Positions 40,162-49,356 of a DNA stretch of 64,000 nucleotides are shown here, in pieces (the first letter of the stretch is position 1; each line of letters opens with the position of its first letter). A model generated the notes under the pieces. That model was not told the origin of the DNA. It did no database searches and worked only from the letters and a program-made list of their open reading frames with translations. Position numbers and translations under genes: made by a program. This stretch comes from Acidobacteriota bacterium (GTDB lineage Bacteria > Acidobacteriota > Blastocatellia > RBC074): assembly GCA_043740245.1 (NCBI GenBank), contig JAYUCP010000171.1:5835-69834 (forward strand), in the 5' to 3' direction.

Positions 40162-41520
40162 ATGGGTGCCGCCTTGGATAAGATCATCTCCGCTGGGCTG
40201 ATAATACTGCTGGTGTTTACGGCCCTGGCCTTTGGAACTGTCGAGCCTTGGTCAGTGGCGCTCTTTGAATTGGCGGTCATGGTTTTGCTGATCCTTTGGG
40301 CCGTGAAAACCGTTCTGGATGGGCAACTCATAGTATTGATTCCCGCAATTGCCTGGCCGGTTTTCGGCTTGCTGCTGGTTGGCCTCGTGCAAAGCGTGGC
40401 CGTGACCGAAGCGGATGGGCAAATCCGCAGCCTTTCGGCAGATGTTGAAGCGACGCGCTTGCGTGTGTTGCTACTCGGTTGTTTGCTGGCTGCGCAGGTG
40501 CTGGCGACCAATTTTTTGACGAAGCGGGAGCGCATTGAAGCGGTCGGGCGGTTCCTGGCGTTTTACGGGTTGCTGTTCGCAGTGTTTGGGCTCGCCCAGC
40601 ATTTTTCCTGGAATGGCAAGTTCTTTTGGCTGATCGAACCGACCTTCCCGAAAGATGGTGTCTTCGGGCCGTTTGTGAATCGTAACCATTTTGCCGGTTA
40701 CGTCGAGATGCTGATGCCCATCCCGCTGGCGATGGTATTGCTCAAGAGTGTACGCCGGGACGCCCGGCTCTTTTATGGCTTCGCGGCGGTGGCGATGGGA
40801 GTCGCGGCGGTGATCTCGCTTTCACGGGGTGGCTTGGTCAGTATGTTCAGCAGCGTGCTCTTTGCCCTCACCGTAAGTTTATGGATTGGGCAAAAGCGGC
40901 GCGTGCGTGCAGGGCAGCCCTTATCACATCCGCGCGCCTTGCTGGTTTCGCGTTTCAGCGTCGGTGTGCTAGTCATAGCGACAATCATTGGCGGGATTTT
41001 CTGGGTGGGCGTAGACCCGGTGCTCGACCGGTTGACAAAAAGCCAGGTGTCGGGCGAAGCGGGGCCGGGCATGCATACGTTGTATTCCAGTCGTGGCGTG
41101 ATCTGGGATGGGACGCTGGACTTGATCGCCGCCAATCCGCTTTTGGGTGTGGGGTTGGGCGCTTATCAAACAGCCTTCCCCAGGTTTTCAAAATGGGATA
41201 GCGCTTATACGCCTGTGGCCGAGGCCCACAACGATTATTTGCAGGTGCTGGCGGATGCCGGGTTGGTGGGCGGCGGCTTGGCGCTTTGGTTCCTGATCGT
41301 TTTCTTGCGCAGCTTTTTCCGCGGGGTGCAACACCCCGATCCGGCGCTGGCTGCGCTGGCGTTGGGCGCCGGCAGCGGCGTCTTTGCTTTGTTGGTGCAT
41401 AGTTTCTTTGATTTCAATTTGCAGTTACCGTCGAATTCGCTGTTGTTTTTGTTGCTCGCTGCCATGGTTTCCGTCCTTGGCACCCCGGCGCGCAGCCAGA
41501 AGACGGCAAAAACAATTTGA
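40162..41520 (+). CDS. O-antigen ligase / Wzy-like polymerase family membrane protein (Wzy_C-type)
   Basis: ~10 predicted TM helices. The segment AHNDYLQVLADAGLVGGGLALWFLIVF is characteristic of the Wzy_C (O-antigen ligase) domain. Confidence 0.7.
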   Translation: MGAALDKIISAGLIILLVFTALAFGTVEPWSVALFELAVMVLLILWAVKTVLDGQLIVLIPAIAWPVFGLLLVGLVQSVAVTEADGQIRSLSADVEATRLRVLLLGCLLAAQVLATNFLTKRERIEAVGRFLAFYGLLFAVFGLAQHFSWNGKFFWLIEPTFPKDGVFGPFVNRNHFAGYVEMLMPIPLAMVLLKSVRRDARLFYGFAAVAMGVAAVISLSRGGLVSMFSSVLFALTVSLWIGQKRRVRAGQPLSHPRALLVSRFSVGVLVIATIIGGIFWVGVDPVLDRLTKSQVSGEAGPGMHTLYSSRGVIWDGTLDLIAANPLLGVGLGAYQTAFPRFSKWDSAYTPVAEAHNDYLQVLADAGLVGGGLALWFLIVFLRSFFRGVQHPDPALAALALGAGSGVFALLVHSFFDFNLQLPSNSLLFLLLAAMVSVLGTPARSQKTAKTI

Positions 41521-41600
41521 TTCAGCAGCGCTGCTGGCCCCGCGCGTCCGGTTTCGGATAAATGTTGAATCCCTCCACCTCACAAAAGGAGGTACCGATT

Positions 41601-42731
41601 ATGAAGCAGTATGTTTCTTTAAGGGAAGTTTCAATGTTCTTTGATTGGCAACGAGCGTTCTCGCAGTTGACGCTCAAATCAATTGCGCTGCTGGCCTGCG
41701 TAATCTGTTTGGCGCTGCCGGCTTGGGCACAACAGCAGATACCGGGAACGACCAAGCGGTTTGACCCGCCTCCCAACACGGGCGGCGGTGGCGGCGGGCG
41801 TGGGCCGGAAGTGATTATGCTTTCCAATGAAGACTATCGGATGGCGGCCAAGGATGTCATCGAAGTCATCATCGAAGACGCGCCGGAACTTTCGCGCAAC
41901 TTTCAAATCAATGCCGCCGGGCAGATTCTGATGGGACATTTGGGGCAACTCAAAGTCGCCGGCCTGACGACCGAAGAGTTGGCGAAGCAAGTCGCTGATG
42001 GCTTGCGCGGACGCTATCTCAAAGACCCCAAGGTCAGCGTCGTCGTCAAGCAATACAACAGCCGCAGCTTTTTCATTCAGGGTGCCGTGCGCGCGCCGGG
42101 CGTCTACATGATCGAAGGCCGCCCGACACTGTTTCGCTTGCTGACGATTGCCGGTGGCTTGCAAGAAAATCACGGCTCCAACGCCTACATCATCCGCGAA
42201 AAGAAGAATGCGGGCGCCAAGACTGAGCCGGTTTCGGCAAATGCCAACGGCAACGCCAAAGGGTCGAAGGCCGAGGTCAACAGCGATGAAGCCGATACCC
42301 AGGTCGAATTGCTGACGGCGCAAATCAGCGGCCTGTTTCGCGGCCAGTTTGAGCAAAACATTCTGATTGAACCCGGTGATGTGGTGACGGTGCCGGTGCT
42401 GGATGTCTTTTACGTGGCCGGCGATGTGAATGCGCCCGGCGCGTTTCCGTTGAAAGAAGGTACGACCCTGCGGCAGGCCATAGCTTTGGCCCAAGGCACG
42501 CTCTTCAAAGCAGCCGCCAACCGCGCCGTGATCTTTCGCGACGACCCTGCCACCGGCGGACGCAAAGAAATCCCCGTAGATGTCAATGCAGTGATGACGG
42601 GCAAATCGAAAGAAGACCCGGTGATCTTGGCCAACGACATCATCATGGTCCCCAATAGCCGCGTGAAATCCGTGAGTCAGGCGCTGCTGCAAGCCTTTGG
42701 CACAAACGCCGCGCGCATACCCCGATACTAA
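41601..42731 (+). CDS. wza: Polysaccharide export outer-membrane protein, Wza-like (Poly_export + SLBB)
   Basis: AAGGAGG RBS plus ATG at 41601 and signal peptide. The I.PGDVL.V blocks are typical of Wza/KpsD-type exporters. Confidence 0.75.
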   Translation: MKQYVSLREVSMFFDWQRAFSQLTLKSIALLACVICLALPAWAQQQIPGTTKRFDPPPNTGGGGGGRGPEVIMLSNEDYRMAAKDVIEVIIEDAPELSRNFQINAAGQILMGHLGQLKVAGLTTEELAKQVADGLRGRYLKDPKVSVVVKQYNSRSFFIQGAVRAPGVYMIEGRPTLFRLLTIAGGLQENHGSNAYIIREKKNAGAKTEPVSANANGNAKGSKAEVNSDEADTQVELLTAQISGLFRGQFEQNILIEPGDVVTVPVLDVFYVAGDVNAPGAFPLKEGTTLRQAIALAQGTLFKAAANRAVIFRDDPATGGRKEIPVDVNAVMTGKSKEDPVILANDIIMVPNSRVKSVSQALLQAFGTNAARIPRY

Positions 42732-42886
42732 TTCTCGCAAGCGTTATCCCCGAAGCGCTTCCTCGAAATGGGCAGGCTGGCAGCTTGTCCCATTGGCAGT
42801 GAAGAGCATTGCGAGCAGCAAGATCAACCTGTGGCGTGTCTGCCAAAACACGCCACACATACAAACTGCAACTAACGGGTGAGGTT

Positions 42887-45340
42887 ATGTCTGAAGAGAA
42901 TAAAAGTCTGGAGAAGTTCGAACCAGCCGACGAGTCGTTATTAGCGCGGCCGGTGGTCGCTGCCAGGCTGAGCAGCTTGAACGACGAAGACGGTTACAAC
43001 AGCTTTACGGAATCTGTTCATGCCGAGGGCTTGCACGCCCGCGAGTTGGCGCGTATGTTGCGCAAACGCAAATGGCTGGTGTTGGCGGTGGTGGCGATCA
43101 TTACATCACTCGTTACCATCGAAATCCATCGCACGCCTTCGACCTATCAAGCCACGGCGCAGATCGAAGTCACCAAAGATATTGGCACGACCAGCGTCAG
43201 CACCAAAGATTTCGTAGTGCAATCGGATGACACGGACAACATCAACACCAAGCTGGTGGTCATCAAAAGTCGGCCTTTGCTGGAAGATGTGGTCGTCAAT
43301 TTGAAACTCGATCAAAATCCGAATTTCACTGACGCCACGCGCAAACGCACGGTGTCGGAAGCCGTCGCCGACATCATGCATAAGGCCACTGGCGGGGCTT
43401 TTGGCGCCTTGATGAAAGAGGCGGCGCAGCCCAAACCGACGCTGGAAGAACGCAGCGAAGCAGAGAGAGCGCACCTCTCGCCTTATGTCAATACACTCAA
43501 AAACACGCTGAACGTATCCGCTTTGAAAGACACGCGGGTGATCGAGATTTCCTACAATCACAGCGACCCGCAACTGGCCGCCGCGATCGTCAACAGCGTC
43601 GCCAAGAATTTCATTGACCGCAGTTTCGAGCGTAAGACGCAAAGTTACAACGACACTTCCGATTGGCTTAAGCGTTCGACCGCCGAACTCAAAACCCAAG
43701 TGGAAAAGGCCACGCAAGCGCTGGCCGATTACACAAAATCACGCGGTATCTTCGCCACCGAAGGCAAAGAATCCCTGAGCACTGGCAAACTTTCCGAATT
43801 GCACAGTCAAGTGATGAAAGCCGAAACGGATCGGATGCTGAAACAGTCGGTTTACGAAGAAGTCAAACAGGGGCGCGTCGCCCAATTGCCCGATTCGTTC
43901 TCCGATCCGCAAACCGGCAAGTTGCAAGAAGAGTTGGGCAGATTGGAAGTGCAAGCCTCGGAATTGAGCGTCAAATACGGCCCCGAAAACCCGCGCGTCG
44001 CCGAAGTTCAGCAAAAGATTCAAACGCTCAAAGCGCAGGTGAAGGACACGCGCGGCACGCTGGCCGACAAGCTCAAAGCCGATTATGAACGCGCCGTGCG
44101 CGATGAACTCTCGCTCAAGAATGCGCTGGCCATCGCCAAGTCAGAGGCGGTCGAGCAAAACCAGAACTCGATTCAATTCGACATCCTCAAACGCGAGGTT
44201 GACACCGCCAAGCAGCTTTACACCGACTTTTTGAACAAGACCAACCAAGCCAATCTGGCCATCGCCGAGCAGCACAATAACCTGCGCATGATCGAACCAG
44301 CTGAAGTGCCCGCCGCGCCGATTGGTCCGCAACGGTTGCGCACCATCCTGCTGGGCTTCCTGGTCAGTCTGGCCATTGGGATGGGCTTGGCGTTCTTCCT
44401 CGAATACTTGGACAATACCGTTACGAGTGTTGAGGACGTGCATCGCATAGCCGGCTTGCCGACTTTGGCGGTGATCCCGGCCATTAGCGATTCATCGGCG
44501 CGTGCGATGAAATTGGCCAGCCGTAAGCAACTAACTGCGAAAACCGGCTCACTGGAGGCTGCCACGCAGGGGACTGGGGCCTTGCTATCCGTTGCTGGCG
44601 GCGCTGGCGGCGCAGTCACTGAAGCCCCGCGTGCGCCCGCCAAGCCCGTGATACCGGGCGACCATGTCGCTTCCGTGATGGAAGCCTATCGGATGCTGCG
44701 CACTTCGGTGTTGCTCTCGACGGCTGGCAATCCGCCGAAGACGATCTTATTCACCAGCAGTCAGCCGGGTGATGGCAAGACCACGACTTCGATCAATACG
44801 GCGATTTCGCTGGCCCAACTCGGTTCGTCGGTTTTGCTGATTGATGCCGATTTGCGGCGTCCCTCGGTGCACCGCGCATTGCGGGTGGACAAATCGGCTG
44901 GACTTACAAATTATCTTTCTTCAGGCCGTGTGGAACTGGACGATGTGGTGCAACATTCACGCATTCCCAAACTGGATGTGCTGACCTGCGGGCCGATTCC
45001 GCCAAACCCGGCTGAATTGGTTGCTTCCGACCGTATGCGCAACTTGCTGGAAGAAGCTGCGGCGCGTTACGAACACGTCATCATTGATTCACCGCCGTTG
45101 ATGCACGTGACCGATCCGGTGATTCTTTCGACGATGGTGGATGGCGTGATCCTGGTCGTGCAATCGGGCCGTAGCACACGCGACATCGTGCGCCGGGCCC
45201 GGCAGGAACTGGTTAATGTGGGCGCCAAGGTCTTTGGCGTGGTCTTGAACAATTTCGATGTGAAGAAAGAAGGCTACAGCAGCGACTATTCGTACTATCG
45301 CAGTGTCGAAGAACGCGTCGAAGCTGGCCGAGCGCGCTAG
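42887..45340 (+). CDS. wzc: Polysaccharide co-polymerase (Wzz/GNVR) fused to BY-kinase (tyrosine autokinase), Wzc-like
   Basis: GGTGAGG RBS plus ATG at 42887. N-terminal TM. Walker A SSQPGDGKTTTSINTAISLA, DADLRRP and a C-terminal Tyr cluster GYSSDYSYYRS. Confidence 0.85.
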   Translation: MSEENKSLEKFEPADESLLARPVVAARLSSLNDEDGYNSFTESVHAEGLHARELARMLRKRKWLVLAVVAIITSLVTIEIHRTPSTYQATAQIEVTKDIGTTSVSTKDFVVQSDDTDNINTKLVVIKSRPLLEDVVVNLKLDQNPNFTDATRKRTVSEAVADIMHKATGGAFGALMKEAAQPKPTLEERSEAERAHLSPYVNTLKNTLNVSALKDTRVIEISYNHSDPQLAAAIVNSVAKNFIDRSFERKTQSYNDTSDWLKRSTAELKTQVEKATQALADYTKSRGIFATEGKESLSTGKLSELHSQVMKAETDRMLKQSVYEEVKQGRVAQLPDSFSDPQTGKLQEELGRLEVQASELSVKYGPENPRVAEVQQKIQTLKAQVKDTRGTLADKLKADYERAVRDELSLKNALAIAKSEAVEQNQNSIQFDILKREVDTAKQLYTDFLNKTNQANLAIAEQHNNLRMIEPAEVPAAPIGPQRLRTILLGFLVSLAIGMGLAFFLEYLDNTVTSVEDVHRIAGLPTLAVIPAISDSSARAMKLASRKQLTAKTGSLEAATQGTGALLSVAGGAGGAVTEAPRAPAKPVIPGDHVASVMEAYRMLRTSVLLSTAGNPPKTILFTSSQPGDGKTTTSINTAISLAQLGSSVLLIDADLRRPSVHRALRVDKSAGLTNYLSSGRVELDDVVQHSRIPKLDVLTCGPIPPNPAELVASDRMRNLLEEAAARYEHVIIDSPPLMHVTDPVILSTMVDGVILVVQSGRSTRDIVRRARQELVNVGAKVFGVVLNNFDVKKEGYSSDYSYYRSVEERVEAGRAR

Positions 45341-45563
45341 CACTCAGTTAAGCTGGCAATGCTGGCTGTTGGGGCAGCAGGCCATTATCCTACCCAACAA
45401 TGCTGGTACCGCTTCAACATCAAGCAACATCAGCTTGATGAAGCGCCAGACGGGTTCGGGGCGGGACAATTGGAATAGGTGCAGGGGTGACTGGTGTTTG
45501 CCATTGGCAATTGGTCGCCCTTTTTGTTTTGGCTTGCAGTGGCTTGCAGTGGAAGGATGAGCA

Positions 45564-46142
45564 GTGCCATTACCGGTTGCGCATGGAATCGTGGGTGCGA
45601 GTGTATTGCTGGCCTTGCGTGAGCCGCGGGACAAGCTGTCTTTGGGTCAAACGCTTTTGTTGGGGGCGGCCCTGGGCAACTTGCCGGATGTGGATTTGGC
45701 CCTCGTTTGGCTGTTGGACTGGGGTAACTTGGCGCACGGCGCAATGACCCATTCTATTTTCTTTGCGTTGTGTGTCGGTGTGGTTTTGGCGGGTTGGCGC
45801 AGGGGCTGGCGGTTTTGGCGGTTCCGCGAGGCGTTGAGTTACACCAGCGCAACTCTTTCGCATGGCGTTTTGGATATGCTGGTGCGCAAAGAATTTGGCG
45901 GCGCTGCCTTGTATTGGCCGCTTTCCGCTGAGAAGCTGCGCTTCGGGCTGTTTGACTATTTCGCTTTTTACCCGGGTAGCGAGCCGCTTGAGACGGTAGT
46001 CAGGCGTGCCTTGCAAATTAGCGCGTATGAAGCGCTGCTCTTCTCACCATGTCTGTTGGTTGCCGGGCTGATTTATGTTTATCGCCGGAAAGCACTGGGC
46101 CGCGAGTATCAAACAGAGCAATGGCCGGTTCGCGTGGATTAG
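45564..46142 (+). CDS. Membrane-bound metal-dependent hydrolase, YdjM/DUF457-like (tentative)
   Basis: GGAAGGA RBS plus GTG at 45564. The N-terminal PVAHGIVGASVLLAL and His-rich TM segments resemble the LexA-regulated YdjM family. Confidence 0.5.
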   Translation: MPLPVAHGIVGASVLLALREPRDKLSLGQTLLLGAALGNLPDVDLALVWLLDWGNLAHGAMTHSIFFALCVGVVLAGWRRGWRFWRFREALSYTSATLSHGVLDMLVRKEFGGAALYWPLSAEKLRFGLFDYFAFYPGSEPLETVVRRALQISAYEALLFSPCLLVAGLIYVYRRKALGREYQTEQWPVRVD

Positions 46143-46207
46143 CCGGGGAGAAATTGAAGCCAAATCAGGCCTCAGCCGCATGCATTAGACATTATCGGAA
46201 ATAGGAA

Positions 46208-46327
46208 TTAACCACGGGGAGCACGGGGGGAAGAAGGGGAAACACAACCCGAGTCCGCAGACCGAAACTTTGCTTGCGCAGGTATTTTGTGTGGTTTCCC
46301 CGTGCGCCCCGTGTTCCCCGTGGTTAG
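46208..46327. repeat. GC-rich palindromic element, family B copy 3 (extended stem)
   Basis: ttaaccacggggagcacgggggg pairs with ccccgtgcgccccgtgttccccgtggttag. An inner pair is ggggaaacacaa / ttgtgtggtttcccc. Confidence 0.6.
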
Positions 46328-46629
46328 TACGTTGCTTAATCCCGATATGTCTATTGTCAAAACTCCATTCAGATGGGCCAGCACCTTCATACATTTGTAT
46401 GGACTTGCAGGTGTCGTGCATTATGCCAGCGGTCAAGCTGCCATGTTTGTTTTGCGGCAAGCCTCCCGTATGCTTGGGGTTTAGCTACACACATTGAAAG
46501 GGTGCAGGGCAGATTGAGTTGTCGCAGCAAGCGCCGCCTGAAGCAATTGTGGACGATGAATAGACACGGTTGTGGTTGCTCGGTCTTTGTCATGAGGCAC
46601 GGTAATCGAAAGGCAATTGGAGGAGTACG

Positions 46630-49137
46630 ATGTTGGAAGAGAATTTGAATCCGGAGCAGGCTGCGAATCACAACTCAACCTCAAAGGAGTTGCTGCGCCT
46701 GACGCCGGCAATTCTTCCAGGACAGCGGGCCGTAGCGTTGACAGGACTAATGGGCGGACTGGGCGACGTGTCGGCCTCGCAACAAAGCGGCACAGGGGCA
46801 GAGAGCGTTAACGTGCGCGAACTCTGGCGCAAGGTACGCAAACGCAAATGGCTGATTCTGACTGTGGTGGCGTTGGCGACAATCATCGTGACGCTCGAAT
46901 CATTTCGCATTAAATCTACCTTTCAGGCATCAGCCAAAGTCGCAGTCGCCAAAGACAGCGCCACCTTTTTCAAAGAAAACAACGTCATTGTCCAGGCCGA
47001 CGATTCGGACAAGATCAAGACGGAGATGCTGTTGTTGACGACCTATCCGCTAGAGGAGGAGGTCGTGCGCCGCTTGAACCTTGAGCGGCTGCCCACTTTT
47101 TTAGCGATAGAACAGAAAAATTCTTTTGCCCAAGCGCTGAAATCTATTCTGGCAAAGTTTGTGCGGCCGCTCGAGAAACCCATCCCGGCGCCGGCCGTGA
47201 ATCCGATCAAATTGAATGAAGACCCGCTCGCGCCGCCGGCCCCGGATGAAAGCGCGCGCCTTGAGCCTTACGTTGAATTGCTGGGCCGTTATTTGTACGT
47301 CGAGCAAATCCCTGAGACCCGCGCGTTGCAGGTCACCTATACGCATACTGATCCCTTGATTGCGGCGGCGGTGGCCAATGGCGCGGCGCAGGTTTTGTAC
47401 AAGCGCAGCTTCGAGGCCAAGACCTCGCGCTTCAATAAATCGGCGGACTGGCTGGCCGAAACGACGCGCAAACTGCAAACGCAAGTGCAGGAATCCGAAC
47501 AGGCCCTGGCTGATTACAGCCGCGCGCATAACATTTTTTCGACGGAAGGCAAGGAATCGCTCACCACCGATAAACTGTCCACACTGCACACGCAAGCGCT
47601 CAAAGCTGAAACCGATCGCATGCTCAAACAGTCGCTCTATGAAGAAGTAAAGCAGGGCCGCGTCGCACGCTTGCCCGACGCCTTTTCCGATCCGAAGATC
47701 AATGTCTTGCAAGCCAGGCTCGGCGAATTGCAGGTTCAAGCCGCCCAGCTCAACGTCAAATTCGGCTCGGAAAATCCCAAGGTCGCCGAAAACGCGCAAC
47801 AGATTGCCGAAGTGGAAAAGCTCTTGGCCGATACGCGCCACAAATTGGAAGATAAGCTGCGCGCCGATTACGAACGTGCTGTCCGCGACGAACAAGGGTT
47901 GAAGGACTCGCTCCAAAAAGCGAAAGGCGAGGCCGTTCAGCAAAACCAGGCCGCGATTCAATTCAACATCCTTAAACAACGGGTTGACACGGCCAAAGCG
48001 CTCTACAACGATTTCCTCTCCAAAACCAAACAGGCCGATTTTCAACTGGCTGAGCAAAGCCCTGACCTGCGCATCATTGAACCGGCCCGGATTCCCAGCG
48101 CCGCAGTTGGCCCGCGCCGGTTGCGCTCAATCGGTATTGGCATTTTCCTGAGCCTGGTGGCCGGCATCGGCCTGGCGTTGCTGCTGGAATACCTCGACAA
48201 CACGATCAAAAACGTCGAGGACGTGACCTATGCCACGCAATTGCCGACGCTGGCCTTGATTCCGTCCGTTGGCCCAAGCGCCATGCGCTTACTGCGGGCC
48301 CGGCGCAAATTGGCTGTCGCGGGGGCGCTGCCCGCGGGCGCCGCAGATGACAAAACCGATGACAAAGATGAAATCGCGGCGCTGGCGCCGCGCGGCTTGC
48401 AGCCGTTGGGCGGCGAAGACCTTGGCACCCTCGACAGCCTTTCAAACGTAGTCGAGGCGTACCGTATGTTGCGTACCTCGCTGTTGCTCTCGTCGGCTGG
48501 CAATCCGCCCAAGACGATATTGATCACCAGCAGCCAACCCGGCGAAGGCAAGACTACAACGGCGATTAACACGGCAATTTCCCTGGCCAATCTGGGCGTG
48601 TCGGTACTCTTGATTGACGGCGACTTGCGCCGTCCGGCCATTCACCGGCAATTCAAGTTGACGCAACCGCGCGGGCTGGCGACTTATTTGTCGAGCAATG
48701 TGGCGCTCGATGCGGTGGTCTATGCGGCGCCTATTCCAAATCTGACCTTGCTGCCGTGCGGGCCGATTCCGCCCAATCCGGCTGAATTGATTGCGTCGGA
48801 ACGCATGCGTGAGTTGCTGCGGACGGCGTCCCAACAGTACGATCACATTCTGATTGATTCGCCGCCATTGATGAATGTCACCGATCCTGCCATTCTGTCT
48901 ACGCTCGTGGATGGCGTGATCCTGGTCGTGCAAGCGGGCCGTTCAACGCGCGACGTCGTGCGCCGCGCCAAACAGGATTTACGTACTGTCGGCGCCAAGA
49001 TTTTCGGCGTTGTGCTCAACAACGTAGACCTGAAGCGCGAAGGCTATTACGATTATTACTATTATCGCTACCACTCAAATTACACTGAGAAAGATAAGGA
49101 GCCGGGCTTGGAGCAGCAAGGTGTGAGCGGCGCTTGA
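46630..49137 (+). CDS. wzc: Second Wzc-like polysaccharide co-polymerase/BY-kinase (paralog of 42887..45340)
   Basis: GGAGGAG RBS plus ATG at 46630. Collinear with the first Wzc (KESL.T.KLS.LH.Q..KAETDRMLKQS.YEEVKQGRVA.LPD.FSDP; SSQPGEGKTTTAINTAISLA; C-terminal YYDYYYYRYHSNY). Confidence 0.85.
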   Translation: MLEENLNPEQAANHNSTSKELLRLTPAILPGQRAVALTGLMGGLGDVSASQQSGTGAESVNVRELWRKVRKRKWLILTVVALATIIVTLESFRIKSTFQASAKVAVAKDSATFFKENNVIVQADDSDKIKTEMLLLTTYPLEEEVVRRLNLERLPTFLAIEQKNSFAQALKSILAKFVRPLEKPIPAPAVNPIKLNEDPLAPPAPDESARLEPYVELLGRYLYVEQIPETRALQVTYTHTDPLIAAAVANGAAQVLYKRSFEAKTSRFNKSADWLAETTRKLQTQVQESEQALADYSRAHNIFSTEGKESLTTDKLSTLHTQALKAETDRMLKQSLYEEVKQGRVARLPDAFSDPKINVLQARLGELQVQAAQLNVKFGSENPKVAENAQQIAEVEKLLADTRHKLEDKLRADYERAVRDEQGLKDSLQKAKGEAVQQNQAAIQFNILKQRVDTAKALYNDFLSKTKQADFQLAEQSPDLRIIEPARIPSAAVGPRRLRSIGIGIFLSLVAGIGLALLLEYLDNTIKNVEDVTYATQLPTLALIPSVGPSAMRLLRARRKLAVAGALPAGAADDKTDDKDEIAALAPRGLQPLGGEDLGTLDSLSNVVEAYRMLRTSLLLSSAGNPPKTILITSSQPGEGKTTTAINTAISLANLGVSVLLIDGDLRRPAIHRQFKLTQPRGLATYLSSNVALDAVVYAAPIPNLTLLPCGPIPPNPAELIASERMRELLRTASQQYDHILIDSPPLMNVTDPAILSTLVDGVILVVQAGRSTRDVVRRAKQDLRTVGAKIFGVVLNNVDLKREGYYDYYYYRYHSNYTEKDKEPGLEQQGVSGA

Positions 49138-49190
49138 CGATGGCACAGGCTGATCCGCAGGTTTCTTCTGCTTTTCAGAAGTCTTTGCTG

Positions 49191-49270
49191 CCGTGTCAGT
49201 AGCCCGACCGTGAGGGAGGGCTTGCTTATTGAGCCTAAGCCCTCCCTCACGGTCGGGCTACTGACACGGC
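49191..49270. repeat. Palindromic element family C copy 2 (short form)
   Basis: ccgtgtcagtagcccgaccgtgagggagggcttgctt pairs with aagccctccctcacggtcgggctactgacacgg. Preceded by a small hairpin cttctgcttttcagaag (49165-49182) 3' of wzc. Confidence 0.6.
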
Positions 49271-49356
49271 CAGCCTTACATTTTTATCACTGCCGCCGCG
49301 TGAAGGATGTCAGGCGCGCCCCGCGTCGTTACTTATGGCCGCAACTTGAGTCGAAC

